Shown here: piece after piece, positions 1 to 11,130 of the stretch
How the letters are laid out: the number at the start of each line of letters is the position of its first letter
Numbering within the stretch: the stretch's first letter is position 1
Origin: Guillardia theta CCMP2712
Lineage: Eukaryota; Protista; Cryptophyta
NCBI RefSeq assembly: GCF_000315625.1
Contig: NW_005434427.1
Location: 1-33,893 of the forward strand
DNA length: 33,893 nucleotides
Reading direction: 5' to 3'
Notes under the pieces: generated by a model
The model's input: the letters and a program-made list of their open reading frames with translations, nothing else
Database searches by the model: none
What the model was told of the DNA's origin: nothing
Position numbers and translations under genes: made by a program

Positions 1-1029
1 GGAGAGGAGAGGAAAGTCTCTATCTTCATCACCAGGTCTGACCCGCCCATCATCGCGTCGACCACGATCAATTTTCCGAGTCGTTTCAGCTTCACCTCAG
101 CATTCTGAGGGCTGAATGTGGCGCCTTCAATCTGAAAGGGTTGTGAGGTAGGGAGAGGCTGAGAAGACAAGATGGGACTAGGCAGAAGAAGAAGCAGGAG
201 ATGGGACTAGGCAGAAGAAGAAGCAGGTGGTGATCATGGCAATGATGATGATGACGATGATGATGATGATGACGATGATGACGACGACGACGACGACGAT
301 GATAGAGATGATGACAATGGTGGTGGCGATGGAGATGATGGAGATGATGATGATGATGATGATGATGACGATGACGAGGAGCAAGAAGACGAGGAGTAAC
401 CTTGGTATACGACAAGTTCTGCGGTTCAGCCTCCAGCTCCTCCAGGTCGGGTTCTTGCAGGAAGATCACCGAGAGCTTCCCCGAGTCCCAGCTTGCGCTC
501 TGATGACTCATCCTGATCCGCATGGTCACGAGCAGGGGAGGAGGGAGAGCGCGAGGGAGAGACGTACTTGACAACAATAGGAGGATGGAAGGGGAGGCAA
601 GGGGGTTCAGAGCTCAGCTCGCAGACGGCGCTGACGATCCGGGCGGCCTCGGGGTAAAACTGAGAGTCTTTCTTCTCGTCAAAGTCTCGTATCTGTGCCC
701 GCAGCTTGATGTTCTCCTCCACGCTGCCGCGGGGCACGTAGACTTGTACGCCTATCCCGTTGCGATTCAGCAGCAGCTTCCCCGACCATTGCGGGTCAGC
801 CTGCTTGTCCGTCTTCTTGCCCTTGGAAGACTTCTTGGTCTTCTCCTTCCCCTGCTTGTTCGATCCTTCGACCACACAATCCGCAAGCACCGGGCCGAAC
901 ACTGCACAGAGTAATGAGGAACTTGATCAGAAGACGCGGTCTCTTGTCACCTTCTTGGGTGCTTGTCCCGCCCTTTCCTCCCTTCTTCCCCTTCCCCTTC
1001 TTCCCCTTCGCTGCTCCCTTCGCCGGCAT
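1..1029 (-). CDS. ZU5-domain protein with Lys/Gly-rich N-terminus (multi-exon, 3' end beyond left edge of window)
   Basis: ATG at 1029 (MPAKGAAKGKKGKGKK). A 49-nt GT-AG intron (902-950) joins to VFGPVLADC...GIGVQVYVPRGSV...RIVSAVCELSSEPPCLPFHPPIVVK. Further introns give MSHQSASWDSGKLSVIFL and IEGATFSPQNAEVKLKRLGKLIVV. The pattern G(I/V)x(L/V)xVPxG...(L/V)SxVxE...FxxP(V/I)x(L/V)x(L/M)xH matches ZU5 domains of UNC5/ankyrin. Confidence 0.65.
171..400. repeat. Intronic 29-bp tandem duplication plus (GAT/GAC)n trinucleotide microsatellite
   Basis: GATGGGACTAGGCAGAAGAAGAAGCAGG occurs at 171-198 and 200-227, followed by a (GAT)n/(GAC)n run to ~375. Both lie inside an intron of the ZU5 gene. Confidence 0.9.
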
Positions 1030-1652
1030 ACAGCGCTTTCCTGAGGTCAGCGGTCAAGTGACAGAACAAAAAAAACAGCAGAGGTATATCGTATCCGCAA
1101 CCTCCCCGCTTCTTCCCTCTCTCCTTTCCCGCCCCTCGATAGTCCCCTCGGTCTTCTCCCCTCCTGCCCCTCGCTCGCCCCCTCCTCGCCTCTCTCTGCA
1201 GGCGTCAAGTTCTCTATCCTGTCTCCTCCTCCCTCCAACGCTCCTCTCACAAGCATCGCCCCCTCGTTCAACGGTCAGGTCATTTTTGATCGTTTTTTTT
1301 TCATCCACACCCTCTCTCAGTGCAGTAGTTGAGTAGTGTGAAGTAGAATCATGCGAACTAAGTAGAGAAAGTGGCAATGGTCGGGATTGGGCAGGGAGGG
1401 AGCGGCGACAAGTCTTGCAAGGAAGACTTCAACGAGTACAGCATTTCTCATCTATCATATTCAACATTATGTCTCCAGCCTCCTCCTCTTCGATAGTGAT
1501 TCTCTCCTCGCCCGCTCTCAGCTTCGGGATGGTGAGTTTTTCTTACCCTCTGTCAATTTTCAAGACTCCAACCTTCTTGTGGCCATGGCATGCAACATTT
1601 AAAACAGCTCATACCATTCTCATACAAAGAGTCTATCAAGCTGCTGCTCCAC

Positions 1653-2138
1653 TTAGTAGGGGGTCGGTTTGTTTTTCTTCAGCTCAACTTTCAATCTCTT
1701 TCCATCGATCTGTTGAAATCTCAACTGAGGTCAACGAGGTTACATAGATAGTCCACCTGCATGCCATTCATGGCCGTGATCGCAGCGTTGGCAGACATAG
1801 GATTGTCATAGCTGACAAACCCGAATCCCTTGCTCTGAAAGGTGGCCTGAAGAGCTCCAATCAGAAGCTTCAACACAAGACGAGGGGAACTCACCCTATC
1901 CTTGAACACGGTGGCACTGATAACGTTGCCGAAAGGAGCAAAGCATTGTCTCATATCAGCGTCGCCCCACGACGTCTAGAGCACATCCGTCAGACAGAAA
2001 TCTTTACACTTCACTCCCACGTTACCGGAATGTGATAGATGAACAAGTTCGCCCCAGGAGGTCCTCCTTTTCCGCCGCCGCCGCCGCCGCCACCACCGCC
2101 GCCGCCACCGCCGCCGCCCTGAACATTAGGGACGTTCG

Positions 2139-2169
<31 letters not shown>

Positions 2170-4262
2170 TCCCATCATGCCGCCGGACTGGATAGGGTTG
2201 GGAACACCGCCTGGAACTCCTCCGGGAACTCCGCCAGGGAGGGGGTTCTGCATATTGTTCCCATATCCTCCAAGACCTTGGTTCCCTCCATTCAGAGCAG
2301 CCATGAAGAGTTCTGGAGGGCCAACCATTAATCCAACCCCACTTCCTCCCGACTGTCTCCACCTGCTCCGGGGTACATTCCTCCACCGGGGAAGTTTCCT
2401 TGAGCCATTCCCTGTAGCATCAAACAAGGTCAGTTACATTCAGCCTCGCTCCCTTACGGATTGCCTGGTAATCCATCCCCTGCATATCGGAGTGAGATCG
2501 TGTGAGACTTCAAAAAATGACAAGAACCTGCGGCTGCTGAAGTCCCCACTGTTGCTGCAATGCCAACTGTTGCTGCTGCAACAGTGCCTGTCAAAAACCA
2601 CGTTCAGAACACGAAGCAATTGTATTCAAGGCACGAGTTTGCTTGTTCAACAAAAATCAGTGGTGAAGACAAGCGTCCTCACCTGTTGCATGTAAAGCTG
2701 TTGCAAGTTTGACATGGCTGCTGCCGCATCCATGGGAGAAGGCTTTCAAGAAGCATTAAATGTCTCCCGCAGTCCACATGTGATTTTTACCTGATTCTGA
2801 GTTGGCTTCGATTTGGGGGGATCAGCCCACTTGACGATCAGTGGCTGTGAGACGGTAAGGCATGAAGAGCTGTCGACACGATGCTGTCAGGTCTCACCTG
2901 CGTCGCTCCTGGCAAAGTGAACTGAAAACGGACGCAATTACACTTTTTAACCAAACCAAAGAACTCCAACACAAACCTTCTGATGAAGATTCTGGATGGA
3001 TTGACTAGCTTCATGCTTTGTCGTATACTTGACAAAGGCACATCCCTTGCTTGCTGATCATGTAATTTACAAACCATGGTGGCCAAGGGTACGAATGCTA
3101 TTACTGTTTGTGGCCTTGTCCTTCATAATGTACACTTCATCCACATTGCCGTAGGGCTGTACAACAATCAGACAACAATCCGTGGAAATTCAGTTGTCTT
3201 ACAGAGAAGACTTGCTTCAGTTCCTCCTCTGTCGTATTCTTGGCCAACATGCCTGGAAAACAAGTTTTGTGAATCGGCGCTTTGTTGTCGATCAGGTCAT
3301 CCGATCCTCACCAACGAAAAGCTTTGCATCAAACTTTTCTTCCTCTCCCTGAAAGACAATAAATGGGTCGATAGAACCGATGAGCAGTACCCTTGCGTAT
3401 GACAGTTGGATTGGGTTGCTCATTCCTGGCATGGTATGCTTGCCATGAAGAGCCTGGATGGCAGCGTCCGCATCCTTCTTGCTAGCAAACACCGCAAAGC
3501 AGCACCCTATCAAACACAACAAGGTCTGCAAAAGCCAAAGTCAGACAAATATATTTGATCATCCCTTGAAGGGAAAAGGAAGGGGAAAGAAGAGAAGAGA
3601 AAAGAAAGCGTGATTGAGTTTAAAAGAAATCAAATGTCAGCATCAGAAGTTCTCAATACCAGAAAAAAATGCTTGGTCCACATACAGCGAAACGACATTC
3701 CACAACGTCATTCAACAATATGACAAGTCATCTTCTTCGACCACAGACAGGATCGGTAATATATCACAGAGAAAAAGTAGATCAGAAGCTGCAATCTCCG
3801 TTGGTGCAAAATTTAGAAGACCCCAAGAAATCCACTGATATTTAACCATTCTCATTCACCATTTTAACAGTGAATTCGGAGTCATACGTTCATTCACTCT
3901 CAAGTTCGTGGAATCCACGATTTCAACATGTGATTTCACAAATCCGCCACATGGCTCACAAACTTGAACAAAAAAATTTAGAAATATTGTCAAACCTTTG
4001 CTCTGCAATGTTGTTTTGTCCATGATGACAGAGACCTCAAGAAGATTGCCATGAGGCTCCAAAAGTTTTTGCAAGTCATCATTGGTTGTGATTCTACAAA
4101 AGGAGTCAATGAAATATCCCAAAGAGACAAAACTTGGAGGGTTAATTCGAGACATCCTAAACAAATCTATCTCTGCTTCCAACAGGAATCACGAGGTGAA
4201 GATAGTGAGGGCTACCTTCCAATCTGTCCAATGAAAAGCTTGACCGACGTTATGGGTCGCTC
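1653..4262 (-). CDS. CELF/Bruno/ETR-3 family RNA-binding protein with three RRMs (multi-exon; 5' end uncertain, probably further upstream)
   Basis: Spliced RRM1: [82 protein letters not shown]2: [46 protein letters not shown] Gln/Gly-rich linker follows. RRM3: [85 protein letters not shown]. Stop TAA at 1655-1653. These are diagnostic CELF motifs. Confidence 0.95.
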
Positions 4263-5019
4263 AAGTTTCAGTGTCTTTGCATTTCGAAATCATTTTGGTT
4301 CAATTCAAGAATGGTCCACGCAATACCGGTTGAAATTCTGGAATGGAGAATGGCTTGGGGCTACGATTTTCTGGTTCCACGAAAGCATGAGGGAATGATG
4401 TGTGAGATAAACATCGGCGGCAAACACCTTGACGCGCTTGTGTTTCTTCATTTGCCTGTAAAACGACAAAAAATTCACCATGGATGGTGAATCAAATATC
4501 GCCAGACCTGATTCTGATTTTCTGCATCATGTGCATGGGGCTGTGCTGCTCATGAAACAAATAAGGAATCGTAGTGGGAAGAAGAAAGGAGGACCAAACC
4601 TGTTTGTCCATCCATTTTTTTCGCAAGTCGAACTGCTCCGGACTACAAGATTGTTTCCTGGTGGACACTTCATGAGACAACAAACACTTGTTGGTTCATT
4701 GGAGCAATAGACTGAGATCAACCTTTCTTGTTGTCAAACAGATCTCAAAACCAAATTCCAGGCTAAGATCCTCATCCTCATCTTCACTCTGCCTGTCCTC
4801 TCTACCTCCTCAAAAATCCCTTTATTCCTGACTAAATGCTGAAGCCTTCCTGCTTGCCTGTTTAGCGCAATAAACCTTGGTCTCGCAATATCAATTCCTC
4901 CTCCTCCTCTCCTCCTCTCCTCCTCCTCCTCCTCCCAGTTCTAGTCCTGCTCATGCTGATCCTGTTCCTTGTCCTCGAAATTCCCTCTGCTGCATGAACG
5001 CGGCGACCCTGCATTAGGA

Positions 5020-6630
5020 AACAGGGGGGTAAGGGTGACTACCCTACGTTTCATTTGAAGTAAAGAATCAGCTCAATAGCAGGGGTAGTCATCGAGGATA
5101 TCTCACACTCATGGGGTCCGTGAAGGGGGTAGTCAGAGTCGACATCATTACAATTTTGCAAAGGGTGGGTAGTCTTACATTATTGGAGGGAGGAAGGTGG
5201 GTACTATTCAAGTCAAATGGAGGTAGGGTCATCACAAACCCCCTTAGGGTGGGGTGTACATTCGGGACCGGGTGGGGACGGGGGCACGTGTTTATGAAAT
5301 GCCGTTGTTTTGTCGTTACAGTATCGTAACGGATTCAGGCCCGGGGCCTCCGGGGCTGCGAGTTGCCAGCGGCCAGCCGCCCGGCTCTGAAATGCGGCTG
5401 CCGCTGTGCAACGGTAACCGTTGAGAGTGAGATAGAATCGTAACGGTCGGAGACTTTCACGCGGAGAGGTCACCTGGGGAAGCCGGCAGCCTCCCCGTCT
5501 TCCCCCTTCCTCCCCCTGTTTTAAAATAATTTTAGATAACCCCCACCCACCAAGACCTATTCATCCACGGGTACCCCTTCACTTGCACTTTGTACCAGGA
5601 CCTTGTCAGGATTTCCAACAGTCAACATGTGGGTACTGGGAGGACCCTGACCTACCGATTTTGTTCAGTACCCGTGATAATACCCACACCCACCCCTGCA
5701 TGGGCCAACTTGACGAAAGTTGGCGTGGGGCCTCCCTGCAAACCCCCCTACCCCAGACTGAAATTGGCTAGGTGGACCCTACCCATACCACAATTTTGAA
5801 ACCGCACCCTAGGACCAGTGTCAACATGTTTACTACCCTGGCTGAATTCACTGTTTTGGTGTAACTATCACGGGTACTGTGTACCATGATTACCCCTATC
5901 GATTATACCACCCACCTTTACCTAAACAAACTTCCCACCCACCCATCGGAAGCGACTCCTCATCTAAAACGTTGCGTTTTCCGGGTTTGTACCCCTACCC
6001 CACCTCCATCATTTCGATATACCCCCTCCGTTCCCTGTCCACCCCACAAACACAGGGTCCCACAAAACCACACATATGATATGGGTGGGTTCTTTTGCAA
6101 GGTACTGTATTATTAGGTTATTTCTCAATATATCACTTATCTATGGTACTGATGGTGGGGTCAAATGGTGCTTTTGATAATTTGGCCGTAGATATAAGGT
6201 ACCTTTGCTAAAATATTTCATTTACCCAGTTGTCGTCAATAGCCCTGACAAGACTGTTGACCTCCTCCTACGTCATGACACCATACCCCATATTTGAACC
6301 AAATTTTGTTCTAACCTATCCCCTACGGTAGTGGGTCAACGATCGTACATCCCTGCAAATCCGCCAACATTCAATAGAATTTGCGAAATTAGAAAAAACC
6401 GGCAGGGTGGCAGGGGCCACCCCTTTTGACATACCCCTCCCATTCTCAACAAATTCAACAAAAGACAGGGAGGGTACTGCTGACCAACCTGTAAGAGACA
6501 CACCCCCACCCCCAGAGGGTCTACAGTTTATAACCCTACCCCAAATACACTCACTTTTGTACCTGAATTGAGTGAGAACACCGGTATGAATGACATAACC
6601 CCACCCCTTAAAATCCATGTTCCCCCCGAT
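5020..6630. repeat. Intergenic degenerate GGGTA/TACCC-rich block surrounding a GC-rich core (5335-5480)
   Basis: GGGT(A) motifs dominate the + strand at 5020-5330 and TACCC/CACCC motifs dominate at 5537-6630. It shares short exact modules with the block at 29400-30490. No credible ORF. Confidence 0.6.
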
Positions 6631-7313
6631 AAACCCCCTCCCTCGTCCTCCTCCCGCACTCTACATCATTCCTCCTCCTCCTCCTCCTTCTCTCCATCTT
6701 GACTGTTCCTCCTCGCCCTCCTGCCACCCATGCTTCTCGTTCCCCTGCGTCCTCCTGCCTTCTCTCTGCTCGTCGCTTCCCTCTCATGCTCCTCGTTCTC
6801 ATCTGTTGCTCATTTCATCTCGTCGGTCCTCTACACTGGTTTCTAGTCCTCCTCATTTTCCCACTGTTCTGACCTGATTTCTTTCCTTCGTCCTTTACTT
6901 GAACCTTTATTTGTGAATTCAAAACCTTTTCATCCTTTCTTGATCGATTCTCTTGCCTCACCATCACCAATTAGGGAGTTAGAGACAGTTAATGTCCCTG
7001 ACAATGTCAAACTTGTACTTCTGTCCATACACACAGCATCCTGACTTTTCCTTCTTCACTGCCTTCCATGCATTTTTACCTGAACTTACCCCAAGACAAT
7101 CGGCTGATTCGCTTCCTTTCGGTGCAGAAACCGGCAGCCCTCGGTTATTGCAAAGCTACACGTTTTGCTCCCGTGCTCAGCTTGCGTGTTCCTCGGTTTG
7201 TGAAGATTTCGCCGCTGGACTTTACCAAAACTCTTCGCCGCTCGAAGGAGATTCCGAGTCTGCTCACGGTATGTGAAAGTTTGTGTTTTCAATCGTGCCT
7301 GTGAAGCCCTGCG

Positions 7314-10300
7314 ATGAGCACTTTGCTGTTAATTGCGATCGCGAGTTTGGTTGTACACTCGAATCAGGTGGCGTGCTTGGCTCCTCCTCATGCATCGTCC
7401 TGGCAGGGCAAGACGCTTCCGTCTAAACTCTCATTTGTACCCCCGTTCTTGGAAGCACCACCCAGGCCGTCGCTCAGGAGTGGCACATACAGTTCTCCCT
7501 CAGAATCCAACCTTCATTCCCTGTCAAAGTTTCGGGCTGGAACTCTCTCCTTCAACATGTGCCAGGAGTCTGTTCAGACTGCACCAGCAGTAGATGTCAA
7601 TGCTGAAGTTATTCAGCAGCTTCCACAGGCCGAAGGCTTCGTGGAGGTCAATCGATCCATCCCATCGCCAGTGCTTGACAATCTGCACGTGAAGGGATCA
7701 GATCTGAGATGGGGAGACAATCTCATCTTTCAAGGCATGTCCCAGGATTTTGTATTCGACAACTCCGATACCAGAGGGCTCTTTCTTTCTGTCCGATCTG
7801 TCGCTCCTAAGAACTTGCACTTCGTCAGTCTTGGGAAGCTCGTGTGCGACAAGTTCCTGGCACTCTCGAGGATGAAACTGTGGTGGATGAATCCGTCATG
7901 GGGTTCTAAGAGTGAGGACATCCCCCCTGAGACTCAATTTCTTCTTCTGCGCCTTTCAAAGGCTGACTCCGAGGAAGAGAAATACGCGGTTGTGCTACCT
8001 ATCATCAGCGGAGCCTTCCGGTCATGCATCGTTTCTGGCAGGAACAAAGGTATCATCTCTTTGAGGGTAGAGAGTGGAGACAGCAAAGTCGATTCAAATC
8101 TCGTTCAAGACATTGCATTCGTGGCTGTTGGCAAAAACCCATACGATCTGATCCATCAGAGCATGGCAGCGGCTTCGGACAGGATGAAGACCTTCAAACT
8201 TAGGAAGTACAAGTCATTCCCTGCCTCCTTGGACAGCTTCGGATGGTGCACCTGGGATGCGTTCTACAGCTCAGTGGATGGACCTGGCATCCTGCAAGGA
8301 GTGGAAGCTCTTGCTGCGGGAGGGACTCCTGCGCGTACCTTGATCATTGATGACGGATGGCAAGATACTACTTTTGTTGAGGAGGACGACCACTTACCCA
8401 TGGTCGTGGACGAGCTGAAGGCAGAGAAAAAGTGAGATTCTAGCTGTCCTGTACCATTTGAAACTGACCGTCTTTGAAGTTTGAAGGTGGTACCTCGGAA
8501 GAGTAGCCCGGGCTTGATCTCCACTGTCTTCAAGTACATCCTTGCCTGGCCTGTTGGTATCTTGCACAACATCGGAAAATCATACTATGATGCCTTCGTG
8601 CACAAGGCAAAACTTGGTTCTGTGCACTTCAAGGTAAACCATCTTCACTCCCTGTGTTGCTGAATGACCTGCCCTCCAGATTTGGAGCATGCTCGCCTCT
8701 ACAGTGCTCAAGGCTCCGCTCCTGGATAGGAAACTTCAGTCCAAGGACGACTGGGTGAAGCGGCTCAGGTCGGCAGAAGCAGGAGAGAGATTTGTTGCCT
8801 CCCTGCAGGACGGAAGCTTCAAGGCTTTTATTGAGCGGCTCAAGGAGAAGCATGGCATTCACATCGTCTACTGTTGGCATGCTCTCATGGGCTACTGGTC
8901 GGGCGTCCACGTGGGCAAGCCAGCGGTAGCCAGCATGGATCCGAACATCAGGACCCCGGGGCCAATGTCCGGCATTCTGCACGTAAGTAGATATCTGTCC
9001 ACGTGAATCACTGTGTATTCGTGAAACCTTGCCTTCTTGACGATGATATCGTCATGTTCATGTTCGACAGCAGAGTTGTTCTCACAGTGTTCTCTCCTGA
9101 TCGCACCTCCAGGTTGAACCAACTCTCGCGTGGGACGCTCTCATCCTGAATGGTGTTGGTCTGCCCCACATTGACAAAGTAGACGATCTCTACAACTCTC
9201 TGCACGCCTACCTCAAGTCGAGCGGAGTGGATGGAGTGAAGGTAGACGGTCAAGCTGCTCTCACCATGCTCGGTGGAGGACTAGGAGGAAGTGCTGCAAC
9301 TACTCGTCGGTTCGTTCAGGTTTGCTTTCCATCCTACCAACTCCTTGACATTAACATGTCTGTTTCGTCAGGCCATGGAAAAGTCTGTCGTTCATCACTT
9401 CGGCTCCGACATGAATTGCATCAACTGCATGTGTCATCCTACCGAGTGTCTCTACTCTTACAACGTCACCTCTGTCGCTCGGGCCTCCGACGATTTTTGG
9501 CCTCGGGATCCAGCATCACATACCGTTCACGTCGCAAATGTTGCCTACAATAGCCTCTTCATTGGAGAGATCGCTCAGCCTGACTGGGATATGTTCCAGG
9601 TCTCTTGCACCTCCTGTTATCTTGCCCCCCTGCCTCTTCTTCTCAAATCCCTTTTCTCGTCGCTCTCGTTCTTCTCTCTTCATCTCCTCAATTTCGTTTT
9701 GTCTCACTCATTCCATGCTGCAGAGCAAGAACGAGGTCGCCACACTTCATGCTGTAGCTCGATCTGTCGGAGGATGCTCCGTCTATGTCAGCGATCGACC
9801 AGGAGAGCATGACTTCGACCTCCTCAAGAGGTTACCTCAGCCTTCTCCCTACTTTTCTTCTCCGCTCACCCCTTCTCTTCGCCAGGCTTGTCCTTCCTGA
9901 TGGAAAGATTCTCCGTGCTTCGCTCCCTGGCCGTCCTACCCGCGACAGCATCTTTGCCGACGTCACTAGCGATGGCCTTTCTCCCCTCAAAGTCTGGAAT
10001 TGGAACTCCTGCAATGGAGTTGTCGCAGCTTTTAACCTCCAGGTTCATTTTTGTACTCCTCCCCTTCTCGTTCTTCTCCAATGTGCTGTCATACCCTCTC
10101 CTCCTCTTTGTCATATCCCCTGCTTCCCCTCCCCTCGTCCCCCAGTCCCCCCGCCACCTCCCCTTTTGCTCCTCGTTCCATTCTTCTCTTGACTTTCCTC
10201 TTCAGGGAGCATCTTGGAACAGGTCTGTTCGAAAGAATGTCATCCATGATGGAGAGATTCCGACTGTGAGCTCCAAATTCGCGCTGAAGGATCTTGAGGA

Positions 10301-10816
10301 GCGAGAGGGACGAGAGACTTCCTCAGGAAGGTGGTCTGTACTCAAGACCCTCTGGTCCCGCGATGGCGTCCTGAAGGAGCAGACTGTCTCTGTTATGGAC
10401 GAGACCTCCTCCTCCTCCTTCTCCCTTGGCAGCAGGGAGTGCGGCATCTTCACCGCCGCCCCGATGCAGGAAGGATACCTGAAAGACGGCAGGCAGTTTC
10501 TCTTCGCTGCTCTCGGTCTGGAGAACATGTTCAATGCTGGAGGGGCAATTCTGTCCTCCTCCCTCACACAGGATGAGGCGACAGAGCAACCCATGGCCAG
10601 TGTGAGGGTCAGAGGGTCAGGTACCTTCCTCCTCCACTCCACCGCGTCCCCCACCGTGTCAAAGGTGAGCATTCGCTTCCCATCTTGGCTCCAGCTGACT
10701 CAGGGCAGGTTGACGGCGAGGATATCAAGTTTGACTTCGACGAGGAGACGCACTTAATGAGGTTTCAGCTCGGGGCCAGCTCCGACGAGCGGCTTGTCAC
10801 CCTATTGTGGGCGTAG
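7314..10816 (+). CDS. GH36 Sip1/raffinose synthase family alkaline alpha-galactosidase or galactosyltransferase (multi-exon) with N-terminal signal + transit-like peptide
   Basis: Family motifs [58 protein letters not shown] (nucleophile Asp), [14 protein letters not shown] (acid/base Asp), [56 protein letters not shown]. Exons are joined by GT-AG introns; stop TAG at 10814-10816. Confidence 0.96.
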
Positions 10817-11130
10817 AGAGCGCAGGAGTTAACACTTACAAGTGCTGAAGTGACGCAACCCAACTCTCTCCCAGCTGAATTTTTGAATGAAGACAATGAA
10901 GCCTCATCTCCCAACTATCTCCCTCCTAACTCTTCCCCTTCCCCAGTCTCTCTGTCCCTGTTCCTGTCCCACTTCCTCTCTACCCCCATCCAATTCGCTC
11001 TCACTGCCTCCCCCCCCCCACCTCGTCTTTCCCAGCCTCTCCCAACTCCGTCTGCTCTCCTCCTCCACAGGAACATTGCAAGCAGAAGGGACAGCACGAA
11101 AATTTCTTTCCCTCCTCCACTCGCTCAGAT

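Noticed and set aside
92-577. Poly-His, poly-Ile and poly-Met ORFs
   Set aside because: These are translations of an intronic (GAT)n microsatellite.
5537-6630. Interstitial telomeric repeat
   Set aside because: TACCC/CCCTA motifs are dispersed and separated by unique spacers, not tandem TTAGGG/TTTAGGG units.
7068-7304. 78-aa upstream ORF before GH36
   Set aside because: It contains splice-like signals consistent with 5' UTR introns and has no recognisable protein features.
7314-8435. 373-aa ORF as a truncated or pseudogenised GH36
   Set aside because: The stop lies in a 48-nt intron (8432-8479); splicing yields the full-length enzyme.
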